Assembly: GCA_045597245.1 (NCBI GenBank)
Contig: JAZODY010000111.1
Location: forward strand, 1 to 44,620
Reading direction: 5' to 3'
Length of the DNA stretch: 44,620 nucleotides
Source of the DNA: Tidjanibacter sp.
GTDB lineage: Bacteria > Bacteroidota > Bacteroidia > Bacteroidales > Rikenellaceae
Part shown: positions 16,393 to 25,621 of the stretch, in pieces
Numbering within the stretch: the first letter of the stretch is position 1
Layout: every line of letters starts with the position of its first letter
The notes under the pieces: generated by a model
Told to the model about the DNA's origin: nothing
Database searches by the model: none
What the model saw: only the letters and a program-made list of their open reading frames with translations
Program-made: the position numbers and the translations under genes

Positions 16393-17634
16393 ATGACAGA
16401 TTACGGAAGTCCACGATGGACGACAGAACTTGTTGATTGCAGTATGCCGATGACATTCGACACTTATTCGAATTGTGCGTTCGGCTGCCTTTATTGTTTC
16501 AGTCAATATCAGCGTGCCCTTGGAGGGGCAAAGGACGCCTATCTCAATAAAGAAGTAAAGGCCGTCAATGTGGAAAGAATAAAGAAGATGTTCCTCAATC
16601 CAGACGAGCACGCAGGTCAATTTGCCGACTATATCAAGCAGCGCCGCGTCATGCAGTGGGGCGGCCTTTCGGATGAATTCGATGGCTTTGAGCAGAAACA
16701 TGGCCGGACACTTGAGCTTCTTCGATTCTTCAAGGAAATTGATTACCCGCTCTGTTTCAGTACGAAGGGTACATTCTTCACGCTCGACCCGAAATACATG
16801 GAACTCATACAAGGACAAAAGAATTGGAATTTCAAATTTTCAATCATTACTGCCGACGAAAAGAAAGCTCGTATAATTGAAAGGGGGGTGCCAAGTCCGA
16901 AAGAAAGGCTCAAAGCAATTGAGCGGATAGCCAAAGCCGATGCCGGTGGTGCGACACTTCGATTAAGACCTTTTATCCTTGGAATCAGCACCCCGACATA
17001 TCTGGACCTTATAAAAGATGCCGCTGATGCGGGGGCTACTGCTGTCAGCACGGAATTCCTCTGTATTGAGCGCCGCAGCCTTACGCTTCGTCAGGCAATG
17101 CCGACTATCAATCAATTATGTGGTTTCGACCTGTATGACTTCTATATCAAACATAGTCCGGGAACGGGTTATTTGCGATTGAGTGAGCAAGTCAAGAAGC
17201 CTTTTTATGCAAATATGGATGCTTTATGCAAGCAATTGGGCTTGCGGTTCTATGTTTCCGATGCACACTGGAAAGAACTTTGCTGTAACGGGTCGTGTTG
17301 TGGATTAAGCAAAGATTGGAATTATGCCAAAGGACAATTCTGTCAAGCGCTGCAAATCGCCAAAGAAAAAGGTACAGTGCGCTGGAGCGATATAGAAGAA
17401 GATAACCGGGCAATATTCAGCAAAGTGCCTTATGCAAGAGCACAAGGCTTCAATTGTGGTTCGTCGGAGAATCGTGCAAAATTTGACGGCATGTCACTAA
17501 CCGATTATATGCACTATCTCTGGAACACACCAAAATCAGGGAACAGTCCTTATAAACTTTTCTTTGGTGTTATTGTTCCCGATGGCCACGATGACAATGG
17601 GGATATAATATATCGTTTCAAAGGGAGGAAATAA
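16393..17634 (+). CDS. Radical SAM enzyme (spore-photoproduct-lyase-like)
   Basis: DTYSNCAFGCLYCFS (CxxxCxxC); GGLSDEF, STKG, IERGVPSPKERL, LRLRPFI; extra C-terminal CCNGSCCG. Confidence 0.88.
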   Translation: MTDYGSPRWTTELVDCSMPMTFDTYSNCAFGCLYCFSQYQRALGGAKDAYLNKEVKAVNVERIKKMFLNPDEHAGQFADYIKQRRVMQWGGLSDEFDGFEQKHGRTLELLRFFKEIDYPLCFSTKGTFFTLDPKYMELIQGQKNWNFKFSIITADEKKARIIERGVPSPKERLKAIERIAKADAGGATLRLRPFILGISTPTYLDLIKDAADAGATAVSTEFLCIERRSLTLRQAMPTINQLCGFDLYDFYIKHSPGTGYLRLSEQVKKPFYANMDALCKQLGLRFYVSDAHWKELCCNGSCCGLSKDWNYAKGQFCQALQIAKEKGTVRWSDIEEDNRAIFSKVPYARAQGFNCGSSENRAKFDGMSLTDYMHYLWNTPKSGNSPYKLFFGVIVPDGHDDNGDIIYRFKGRK

Positions 17635-17635
17635 T

Positions 17636-18157
17636 ATGGCACGACCAACGAAATACACCCCGGAAACAACTGCTAAAATTTTCGATGCGCTGCGCTCCGG
17701 CGATACGAACGACATGGCGGCTGCAAAAGCCGGCATAAATATCGACACCTTCTATGAATGGCTGAAATCAAAGCCGGAGTTTTCCGAAGGTGTTAAAAGG
17801 TCTCGGGCCGAATATCAGGAATGGGAATTGAACGGCATTCTATCCGATGCAAAGAAATCCCTGAAAACACTGATAGTCGGTTGTGAATATGAGGAGGTCA
17901 AGACGGAGTATGAGCAAGACCCCCACGACCCAACAGCACCGCGCATAAAGAAGCAAACTCGCACCACGAAGAAGGTGCTGCCGAATGCCACGGCGGTAAT
18001 CTTTGCCCTCTGTAACCGTGACCCGGAGCATTGGCAGAACCGAGTGAGCAACGAGCTGTCCGGAAAGATTGAAACCGAAGCAAAGACTGACGTATCGCTG
18101 GCACGAGTGCCGGACGAATTGTTGGCACAGGTTATAGATTCGATAAACGGCAAATAA
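17636..18157 (+). CDS. terS: Terminase small subunit
   Basis: MARPTKYTPE, HTH (AAAKAGINIDTFYEW), PNATAVIFALCNRDPEHW; upstream of terL. Confidence 0.85.
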   Translation: MARPTKYTPETTAKIFDALRSGDTNDMAAAKAGINIDTFYEWLKSKPEFSEGVKRSRAEYQEWELNGILSDAKKSLKTLIVGCEYEEVKTEYEQDPHDPTAPRIKKQTRTTKKVLPNATAVIFALCNRDPEHWQNRVSNELSGKIETEAKTDVSLARVPDELLAQVIDSINGK

Positions 18158-18158
18158 C

Positions 18159-18272
18159 ATGGAAAAGAAAGAAGATTATAATGATTTTGCTTTGGGATTT
18201 TTTATAGGTCTTATCTGTGCTGTTTTCGTAGTGATAGCGTTTATTTACTTGAAGCCGGTAATTTCTTTGTGA
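18159..18272 (+). CDS. Small single-TM protein (37 aa); not in ORF track
   Basis: Manual translation MEKKEDYNDFALGFFIGLICAVFVVIAFIYLKPVISL fills the terS-GNAT gap exactly. Confidence 0.55.
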   Translation: MEKKEDYNDFALGFFIGLICAVFVVIAFIYLKPVISL

Positions 18273-18273
18273 T

Positions 18274-18630
18274 ATGGGATATATTTTGCATCAAAACAAA
18301 TGGTCTTGGGGCCGGGCCGAAACTATTGTAGTAGCAGAGGGGTTCGGCTTGTGCCGTGTATCAGTTGAAGACGAAGACAAATCCGTGGCTTGGCTAACCA
18401 ACCTAATTGTATTTGATGCAATGCGCCAGCAGGGACTGGGGAATCGCCTGTTAGATATAGCCATAATGAGAGCGGTGAAGATGGGCGCAAAGATACTGCG
18501 GCTCTGGGTAGAGGAAAAGAACAGCTGGCAACGCGAATGGTATGAGAGGCGCGGCTTTGTGCAGACCGATAAAGATTATGATGAAGTCGTGCTGGAAATG
18601 GACTTAAAGAAGCATTTCAATGGACATTGA
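18274..18630 (+). CDS. GNAT-family acetyltransferase
   Basis: LTNLIV....RQQGLGNRLL (motif A) ... L.V...N....WYERRGF. Confidence 0.88.
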   Translation: MGYILHQNKWSWGRAETIVVAEGFGLCRVSVEDEDKSVAWLTNLIVFDAMRQQGLGNRLLDIAIMRAVKMGAKILRLWVEEKNSWQREWYERRGFVQTDKDYDEVVLEMDLKKHFNGH

Positions 18631-20164
18631 CACCATGCACATAACGCGAGCACTCGCCGAGCATCCTGAATTGTTCTTGCAGGAGGGAGCCCGGCGAAAA
18701 CTCATTTGGTTCGCGCAGTATATGGATAGCAAGTTCCAGCCGACGCCCTTTCATATCGCCTATTACAAGGTGCTGGACATCTTCGCACAGGGGAAAGTTA
18801 AGAACTTAATCATACAAGCCCCTCCCCAGCACGGAAAGTCACAAGGAAGTAGCCGCTTCCTGCCGGCGATGATGTTGGGACTAAACCCAGACCTCAAAGT
18901 GGCAATCTGTTCCTATGCCGCCACGATTGCAAAGGACTTCAACCGCGATGTGCAGCGGCTCATCGACACAGAAGCCTATCGCGCCCTTTTTCCCGACACG
19001 CAACTCAACGGGTCAAATGTCGTCACGATTGCGAACAACTATCTTCGCAATAGCGATGTATTTGAAATCCTCGGGCACACGGGTTCGCTTCGTGTTGTGG
19101 GTCGTGGTGGCTCCCTGACTTCCAAGACCGTGGACGTGATGATATTCGACGACCTGTATAAGGACGCGCAGGAGGCAAACTCACCGCAGATTCGCACCGG
19201 GTCGTGGGATTGGTACACGAAGGTCGCCCGTACTCGTTTGCACAACGATAGTCAGCAACTGATAGTCTTCACCCGCTGGCACTCGGAGGATATAATCGGC
19301 AAGCTCATTGAAACCGAAGACGTACGGATTGCGCAGAGCTGGGCGGATTTTGAAAACGTGCCGGATTCGGCATGGGTGCTCGTGAACTTCGAAGCCATCA
19401 AAACAGGGCCGCCGAATGAGATAGATGGACGCGAGCCGGGCGCAGCCCTTTGGCCGGAGCGGCATTCGCTTGAAAGGCTCCTCGCCCAGAAGGCCCTTGA
19501 CCCAGTGGGCTTCCAATGCCTGCACCAAGGTGACCCCGGCAATGCGGATAACAAACTATATCAGCCGTTCAAGACTTGGGTGGAAAAATCCGAATGGGGG
19601 CAATACGTTCGCTCGGGGTGTTATGTGGACGTTGCAGACGAAGGCGATGACTTCCTGTTCACCGCATCGTACGACATTTACAGGAGCGACAATCAAATTT
19701 GGAATGAGCACATGAAGCGATTTGAGCCTCTGCTGTTCGCGCTGATTACAGACATAGAATTCACGGATGAATCCACCGAGGTGACGACCGTAACCGTGCC
19801 GCGCCTCATAAATACGAACAACGTACAGAAAGCATGGGTCGAGAGCAATAACGGTGGCAGTCAGTTTGAGAAGATAATCCGCAAGAAAGTCCGGGCGCTT
19901 ACTGTGCCGTTCTATCAGGGCGCTAATAAGGAGAGCCGTATCATTACGAATGCCCCGTTTGTCAATCAGCATATTATTATGCCCTTTGGCTGGGAGACAC
20001 GTTACGCCAAATTCCATGCACATATCACGAGCTTCCTGCGGAAGTTTGACGCGAACGCCCACGACGATGATGCCGACGGCTTGACAGGAATTTATGAAAA
20101 GGAGATTGCGGACGGCAACACCCGCCCGTATGCAGCCGCGAACCGTGGCGTGGTTGTCCATTAA
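18620..20164 (+). CDS. terL: Terminase large subunit
   Basis: Walker A APPQHGKS, Walker B VMIFDD, TRWH, nuclease YVDVADEGDD, HDDDADG. Confidence 0.95.
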   Translation: MDIDTMHITRALAEHPELFLQEGARRKLIWFAQYMDSKFQPTPFHIAYYKVLDIFAQGKVKNLIIQAPPQHGKSQGSSRFLPAMMLGLNPDLKVAICSYAATIAKDFNRDVQRLIDTEAYRALFPDTQLNGSNVVTIANNYLRNSDVFEILGHTGSLRVVGRGGSLTSKTVDVMIFDDLYKDAQEANSPQIRTGSWDWYTKVARTRLHNDSQQLIVFTRWHSEDIIGKLIETEDVRIAQSWADFENVPDSAWVLVNFEAIKTGPPNEIDGREPGAALWPERHSLERLLAQKALDPVGFQCLHQGDPGNADNKLYQPFKTWVEKSEWGQYVRSGCYVDVADEGDDFLFTASYDIYRSDNQIWNEHMKRFEPLLFALITDIEFTDESTEVTTVTVPRLINTNNVQKAWVESNNGGSQFEKIIRKKVRALTVPFYQGANKESRIITNAPFVNQHIIMPFGWETRYAKFHAHITSFLRKFDANAHDDDADGLTGIYEKEIADGNTRPYAAANRGVVVH

Positions 20165-20170
20165 GGCCAT

Positions 20171-20250
20171 TCTCGTGCGTTTTAAGAGCCGCGAAGGATT
20201 TCTGTGGTAAATTATACGTTTTTCGTCTTTGTGTGCGAAAGATGCGATTT
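20171..20250. repeat. Dispersed TTTAAGAG element, copy 4
   Basis: TCGTGCGTTTTAAGAGCC at 20173-20190 identical to 40749-40766. Confidence 0.7.
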
Positions 20251-20264
20251 CTCAAAAAAATAAC

Positions 20265-20299
20265 TACATTTGCACAGTAAAGCGGCAAAGGGTCAGCCG
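20265..20299 (+). promoter_or_regulatory. Late promoter and AAGGG-loop hairpin
   Basis: TACATTTG at 20265-20272; CGGC-AAAGGGTCA-GCCG at 20283-20299. Confidence 0.7.
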
Positions 20300-20334
20300 T
20301 TCGATAATCATTAACAACTAAATTCTAAACGTTT

Positions 20335-21000
20335 ATGTCTTTACTTTGTCAATGCCCGGCCGCCGCTGCAATTCCCACTATCCCGAATGTGACTTGCCCG
20401 GAAAATTTCGGCCAAATCCAGAAAGTCGCCTTCCAGCGCCTGCGCCAAGCAGACGGAACAAGAAACGCAATGGTAGGAACTGGAACTCCTCTTGCTCCCA
20501 CCATCACGAAACTCGCGACTTGGACCGCCCTTCTCGCTGCCGCTAACGGCACAAAGATTGTGGTATCCCCTTACATCAATGCTCCTGCTGATTCCGGCGG
20601 CGACGCACGCCGCTCCAGCGGTGGCAACGATGACCTCGGCGGTATCGCACAGGTGCTCGGTGGCAATCCCGTCCAATTCGACGGCTCGCTCCGTTCCGTT
20701 CCTCAAAGCGTCATCAAGACCATGAAGGAACTCGAATGCGAGGCACAAGCCGGCAACCTCGGCGTATTCCTTTTCGACGAAAACGGAAAGATTGAGGCCA
20801 TTCAGGACCAAGACGTCCCGACCACCTATTATCCCATTCCCATCCGTTCCCTGTTCATCGGTTCGAAGATACACGGGAACTTCGACGCGAAGGACTCCAA
20901 TGCCATCTCTTGGCTGTATCCCGACAACTATTCCGACGACCTCGCAATCATCACGCCGGACGATTTCAACCCGCTCACCGACCTTATTCCCGCAGAGTAA
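20335..21000 (+). CDS. Major virion protein (probable tail tube; resembles a B40-8-type major structural protein from memory)
   Basis: CPENFGQIQKVAFQR; strongly biased codons; own promoter. Confidence 0.65.
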   Translation: MSLLCQCPAAAAIPTIPNVTCPENFGQIQKVAFQRLRQADGTRNAMVGTGTPLAPTITKLATWTALLAAANGTKIVVSPYINAPADSGGDARRSSGGNDDLGGIAQVLGGNPVQFDGSLRSVPQSVIKTMKELECEAQAGNLGVFLFDENGKIEAIQDQDVPTTYYPIPIRSLFIGSKIHGNFDAKDSNAISWLYPDNYSDDLAIITPDDFNPLTDLIPAE

Positions 21001-21192
21001 ATGAACGCCAAGACAACCACGGTGACGTTGGTTGCTAACGGCGTCACTCGGGACTTTGAGCTGTCCCACGCAGAACGATTGCTGAAAATGCCCAGAAACG
21101 GCGGCTGGAAACTGCCGGAAGGTTCTAAATTCGAATTTGTGGATTATGCCATACGACGTCGACAGGATAAGAAGGGAGATAGAAAAGAATAA
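21001..21192 (+). CDS. Small hypothetical protein
   Basis: 63 aa; HAERLLKM..NGGWKLP. Confidence 0.65.
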   Translation: MNAKTTTVTLVANGVTRDFELSHAERLLKMPRNGGWKLPEGSKFEFVDYAIRRRQDKKGDRKE

Positions 21193-22888
21193 ACGTTCCG
21201 CTACCTTGACCCGTGCGAAACTGCATCAAATGCGTATAAAGTTTCACACGGTCAAGCGCGTAACGACATTCAATTCCCCTTATATCTCGATACCATTGAC
21301 ACAATTTCTGGCAATGGTAGAGAATATCTTGCCGCACGACAAATTCGTACTGTTCAAGGCGCTTTTCCGTTATCCCATCAAAACAAATGAGATAACGGAA
21401 ACGTGCTTTGACAAGTTGAGCCGCATCTTCGACGGGCGCAATCCTGTTTACAACTACCAATTCGTTAATTCCGCGCAGCGCGATGACTGGGAAGATTATC
21501 GCCTGAATAAACTCGATGAGCCGAATGTCTGGGCGACCAAAGGCTGGGAGTTCTTCAAGAGCGAAATCAATTCTGTCCTGATAGTCGATATTGCCCGCGA
21601 GCAGCGCACCCCGCTGCCGGAACCGTATTTCTATTGGCTTCCGATAGATGACGTCATTACTTACAAGGCCGACGCAACGACGGGGCAGATGGATTTCATC
21701 GTGTTCCGCCGCCGTGATAAGATTGTAGTCTTGGACGACACCTATTACCGCGTCTGGGACGACAAGAAACACACGGGCCGCATCGACGGAGCGCCGGAAC
21801 TTGAAACGGAGCATGACCTCGGCTATTGCCCGGCCCGCTTCTTCTGGAATGAGCCCATATCGCTGGACGAGCCGGATGTAAAGGCTTCCCCCCTGTCGGC
21901 AGAGTTGGAGTCGCTGGATTGGTTCGAATTCTTCCACATCTCCAAGCGCCAGCTCGACCTCATGGGCGCATATCCTATCCTTTCGGGTTATGAGCAGAAA
22001 TGCGATTTCAGCAATGCGGAGAATGGCGACTACTGCGACGGTGGTTTCCTGCGTGACAAGCAAGGCCGCTACCGTCTGGATATGGCCGGACTTCTCATGC
22101 GCTGCCCGAAGTGCGGGAATAAACGCATCATCGGCGCGGGGTCATTCGTAGAAATCCCCGTCCCCTCCGCAGAGGAGGGTCAGCCCGACCTTCGTAATCC
22201 GGTGCAGTTGCTGACCGTTGACCGCGAGGCCCTTGACTATAATGTCGATGAGGAGAAGCGGCTGCGTGAAGACATCATCACATCGGTAGTTGGTCAGGAC
22301 GAAATCGTCACTGACCGCGATGCTTTCAATGAGCAGCAGGTGCGTGCGAACTTCGAAAGCGTGACGACCGTGCTGAACCGTGTGAAGCGGGGCTTTGAAG
22401 CCGCGCAGGAATGGGTCGATGCGACGGTGTGCCGTCTGCGTTACGGGAAATCTTTCCTGACCGCAAAAATCAATTACGGGACGGAATTCTTCCTTTACAC
22501 CGCCGACGAGCTGCGCCAGCAGTACAAGGCCGCGAAGGAAGCCGGTGCCCCGGAAGCCGAACTGGATGTGATGCTGAACCGCATCCTTGAAACGGAATAT
22601 CGCAATGACCCGATGCAGTTGCGCCGCATGCTCATTCTGTCCGAGCTTGAACCGCTGCGGCATCTGACCCGCGATGAAGTGATAACCCTGTATAAGGACG
22701 GAATCATTTCCGAGCAGCAGATGCGAATTAAGTTAAATTTTCCTAACTTTGTGCGTCGTTTCGAGCGCGAAAACATGAATATCGTTGACTTTGGCAAGGA
22801 CATTCCCTACCAGCGCAAGATAGATACTATTACAGCCGAGTTCGGACGTTATGCCGAGGAGCAGAAGCCGCAACCGGCGAATGTTTAA
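21146..22888 (+). CDS. Portal protein (with Cys4 Zn-finger insertion)
   Basis: ~580 aa between terL and head genes; HDLGYCPARF; C..C..CPKC insert. Confidence 0.75.
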   Translation: MPYDVDRIRREIEKNKRSATLTRAKLHQMRIKFHTVKRVTTFNSPYISIPLTQFLAMVENILPHDKFVLFKALFRYPIKTNEITETCFDKLSRIFDGRNPVYNYQFVNSAQRDDWEDYRLNKLDEPNVWATKGWEFFKSEINSVLIVDIAREQRTPLPEPYFYWLPIDDVITYKADATTGQMDFIVFRRRDKIVVLDDTYYRVWDDKKHTGRIDGAPELETEHDLGYCPARFFWNEPISLDEPDVKASPLSAELESLDWFEFFHISKRQLDLMGAYPILSGYEQKCDFSNAENGDYCDGGFLRDKQGRYRLDMAGLLMRCPKCGNKRIIGAGSFVEIPVPSAEEGQPDLRNPVQLLTVDREALDYNVDEEKRLREDIITSVVGQDEIVTDRDAFNEQQVRANFESVTTVLNRVKRGFEAAQEWVDATVCRLRYGKSFLTAKINYGTEFFLYTADELRQQYKAAKEAGAPEAELDVMLNRILETEYRNDPMQLRRMLILSELEPLRHLTRDEVITLYKDGIISEQQMRIKLNFPNFVRRFERENMNIVDFGKDIPYQRKIDTITAEFGRYAEEQKPQPANV

Positions 22889-22905
22889 TTTAATACCGAA
22901 AGAGT

Positions 22906-23361
22906 ATGATTACAAAAGATGGGCGAGACACCGCAATCGAAAATCTGACCGCAGAGAACTACATCGTTCCCGCAGGGGAGGAGCGTTACTACCACGCCGT
23001 TATCGAGGTGAAGCAATTCGACGCCAAGACCGGCAAGCGCCTTTCCCAGCCGCGTGTGCAGAAGTTCGAAAAGAAAATCTTCGAAGCGCACGTCCTGTCA
23101 AGCCTCCGCAAGCAGGGTTATACGGTCACAATCCTCCATGACCCGAATGCTTGGATAAAGGAGCATCAGGCCGCAGCCGAGAAGGCAGCAAAGGCCAAGG
23201 CCGAGGAGAAGGCCGCAGCCGACCAAAAACGTTTCGACGATGCCGTCGCAGCCGCAGTAGCGAAAGCACTTGCAGAGCGTGACGCAGCCAAGACCGAGAA
23301 GGACAAAGGAAACGCCGAAACGGGCAAAGGAAACGCCGAAACGGGCAAAGGGAAGAAATAA
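22906..23361 (+). CDS. Hypothetical head-module protein with Ala/Lys-rich tail
   Basis: 151 aa ORF. Confidence 0.7.
   Translation: MITKDGRDTAIENLTAENYIVPAGEERYYHAVIEVKQFDAKTGKRLSQPRVQKFEKKIFEAHVLSSLRKQGYTVTILHDPNAWIKEHQAAAEKAAKAKAEEKAAADQKRFDDAVAAAVAKALAERDAAKTEKDKGNAETGKGNAETGKGKK
23304..23351 (+). repeat. 21-bp tandem repeat x2.3 (KGNAETG)
   Basis: CAAAGGAAACGCCGAAACGGG twice, plus CAAAGG. Confidence 0.9.
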
Positions 23362-23413
23362 CACCTTTGCGATACGGAAAGACAATTAACCAAAAATTCA
23401 AAGGGAAAGAATT

Positions 23414-24361
23414 ATGGCACTTACAACCGAACTATTGAGAGCGAACGCCGGATTGGCGGGCCTCACAGACGAGCAGGTCAATGCAATCGTAGAGATGTCC
23501 CAGAACGACGAAACCGCCGTTATCGGGCAGAAGACGGGTGAAATCTATGGCGGACTGGACGCAGACATTCTTGCCGCGTCCGGTATCGCGAAGAACGGTA
23601 CCGAGAAGACCTACGACTATGCCAAACGAGTGATTGGCGAAATCAAGGGGCAAGCCGGCAATGCTGCCGAGCTGCAAAATCAGGTGGCCGAACTGACAAA
23701 GGAGAAAACCCGTCTGGAAGGTATCATCGCAAAGGGTGGCGCTGATGCTGAAACTCGCAGGGCACTTGACGCGGCGAAAGCCGACCTCGCGAATGTCACC
23801 CGTGAATATGGCGAACTGAAACAGAGGTTCGACACCGAGAAGGCAGCGCACGAGAAAGCGCTGTTCGATGCAAAAATCAGCAGTGAGTTCTCGAACATCG
23901 CAGGAGGCATCAAGTTCAAGCCCGAACTGCCCGCCAGCGCAACGGCTGTCCTTCTGTCACAAGCTGTCGGAAAGGTAAAGGGAATGAATCCCCAATACAT
24001 CGACGACGGTGCGAACGGCAAGATTCTCGCTTTCACGGAAAACGGTACAATCATGCGCAACCCGGAAAACAACCTCCGTCCTTACACCGCATCGGAACTT
24101 GTTGCCCGCGAGCTGAAAGCAATGGGCGTCCTTGATGAAGGCCGTCAGCAGACAGGCGCAGGCACGCAAGGCGGCAACGGTGGCGGAACAGGTACGGGAG
24201 TGGATATTTCCGGCGCACGCACCCAAGAGGAAGCTCATGAAATCATCGCCAAGGGGCTGATGGCACAGGGCAAGGTCAACGGCTCGAAAGAATTCGAAGA
24301 AGCGATGGCCGCCGCTTGGAAGGAGAATGCGGAACTCCTGAAGAAACTCCCAGTCCGCTAA
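23414..24361 (+). CDS. Capsid scaffolding protein
   Basis: Coiled coil and Gly-rich linker near the C terminus; immediately upstream of MCP. Confidence 0.7.
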   Translation: MALTTELLRANAGLAGLTDEQVNAIVEMSQNDETAVIGQKTGEIYGGLDADILAASGIAKNGTEKTYDYAKRVIGEIKGQAGNAAELQNQVAELTKEKTRLEGIIAKGGADAETRRALDAAKADLANVTREYGELKQRFDTEKAAHEKALFDAKISSEFSNIAGGIKFKPELPASATAVLLSQAVGKVKGMNPQYIDDGANGKILAFTENGTIMRNPENNLRPYTASELVARELKAMGVLDEGRQQTGAGTQGGNGGGTGTGVDISGARTQEEAHEIIAKGLMAQGKVNGSKEFEEAMAAAWKENAELLKKLPVR

Positions 24362-24428
24362 ACAAAGAACAATTCCACCGGGGCAAAGGGTCAGCCCGGT
24401 CAATAGTAACAATTAAACACTTTTCATT

Positions 24429-25544
24429 ATGTCACTTGTAGCAACCCGTTTGCAAAATTGGCGTGTCGAAAATCCGGAACTTGACCGTAATATGGCCCGC
24501 CCGTTGGAATACGGTGCACTGGACTTCTTCATCGAGCAGACCAATGCCGCAAATTCCATCATCAACCCCAACCTGCGCGACCGCGCTTTCGAGAGCATCG
24601 GCAACACCGTGCAGGTGCCTGTCATCAACTACGATGGCGACGTAACCGTGTCCAACGTCCGTTCCTGCGTCATCGCAGACGACGAGAACACCTCCGCCCT
24701 TTATACCATCAACTGGGTCACTCTCGCAGTCGGCTTCACGATGGTTCCCCAGCTCTATCGCAACAACGAGATTTCGTACGAGCATGACTTCGCCCGCAAG
24801 ATGGAGAAGATTTGCCGCGCTCTCGCAACCGCGATGGATGTGCAGGCTATCGCAGCCCTCGAAGCCAACAAGTCGCAGGTCTTCAAGGACCAGCTCTATT
24901 ACACCGTGACCGCGAACACCGTGCAGATTCCGTGGGAAGCCCGCATGGAGTTCCTTGCAGACATGAACGCGATGATGCGTGCCAACGCATATCCCGAAAT
25001 GCTGCACGTCATCGGTGGCGCAGGTTTCGATTCCCTCGTCCGCAAGATGGCCGAGCACGACATCTACAACGATGTCAACAAGCGCCTCGAATACGATAAT
25101 AAGGTGTTCCACTACACCAACAATATCGTAAACGGCAGCGGCGTCTTCGCAACCGGTTATATCGTCGCCGACGGCAATGTGGGCGTCCTTACCCGCGTCG
25201 ACCGTGAGGCCCGCAACCGCACCCGTGCGAACTTCCACGAGTGGGATGTAGTGCGTCTGCCCTACATTGACCTGCCCGTAGGTTCCCACTACTACACTGC
25301 GGTAGGCGACCAGAGCAGCATCGCCGGTGACGCTTCCGCCGATATGGTCTGCAACGTGAAGGAATACTTCGGGTTCTCCGTCGACATCGCCTTCCTCGTA
25401 GCGTACAACAGCGCTCCCGCAACCGTTGCGAATCCTATCTTCAAGGTGGAGGTCGCCAGCCCGACCGCAACACCGTTCGCAAAGCCCGTCGTCGTGATGA
25501 ACACCGAGGACAACCCGGTGCCCACGCAGGCCGTGACCGAGTAG
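24429..25544 (+). CDS. Major capsid protein
   Basis: 371 aa, strongest codon bias in the genome, GNTVQVPV, follows scaffold, followed by a terminator. Confidence 0.85.
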   Translation: MSLVATRLQNWRVENPELDRNMARPLEYGALDFFIEQTNAANSIINPNLRDRAFESIGNTVQVPVINYDGDVTVSNVRSCVIADDENTSALYTINWVTLAVGFTMVPQLYRNNEISYEHDFARKMEKICRALATAMDVQAIAALEANKSQVFKDQLYYTVTANTVQIPWEARMEFLADMNAMMRANAYPEMLHVIGGAGFDSLVRKMAEHDIYNDVNKRLEYDNKVFHYTNNIVNGSGVFATGYIVADGNVGVLTRVDREARNRTRANFHEWDVVRLPYIDLPVGSHYYTAVGDQSSIAGDASADMVCNVKEYFGFSVDIAFLVAYNSAPATVANPIFKVEVASPTATPFAKPVVVMNTEDNPVPTQAVTE

Positions 25545-25566
25545 TCGAAAGGCACATCCTTAATCA

Positions 25567-25603
25567 GCGGGGACGGGACGATAAAAACCCCGTCCTCGTT
25601 TTT
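25567..25603 (+). terminator. Intrinsic terminator after MCP
   Basis: GCGGGGACGGG/CCCGTCCTCGT stem followed by a T run. Confidence 0.75.
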
Positions 25604-25621
25604 CATTAAAGAGAAAGAGAC

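Noticed and set aside
16393-17634. 7-deazaguanine (QueE/DpdA) pathway or true spore photoproduct lyase
   Set aside because: No folE/queC/queD/dpdA homologues recognised; coupling to a glycosyltransferase argues against simple UV repair
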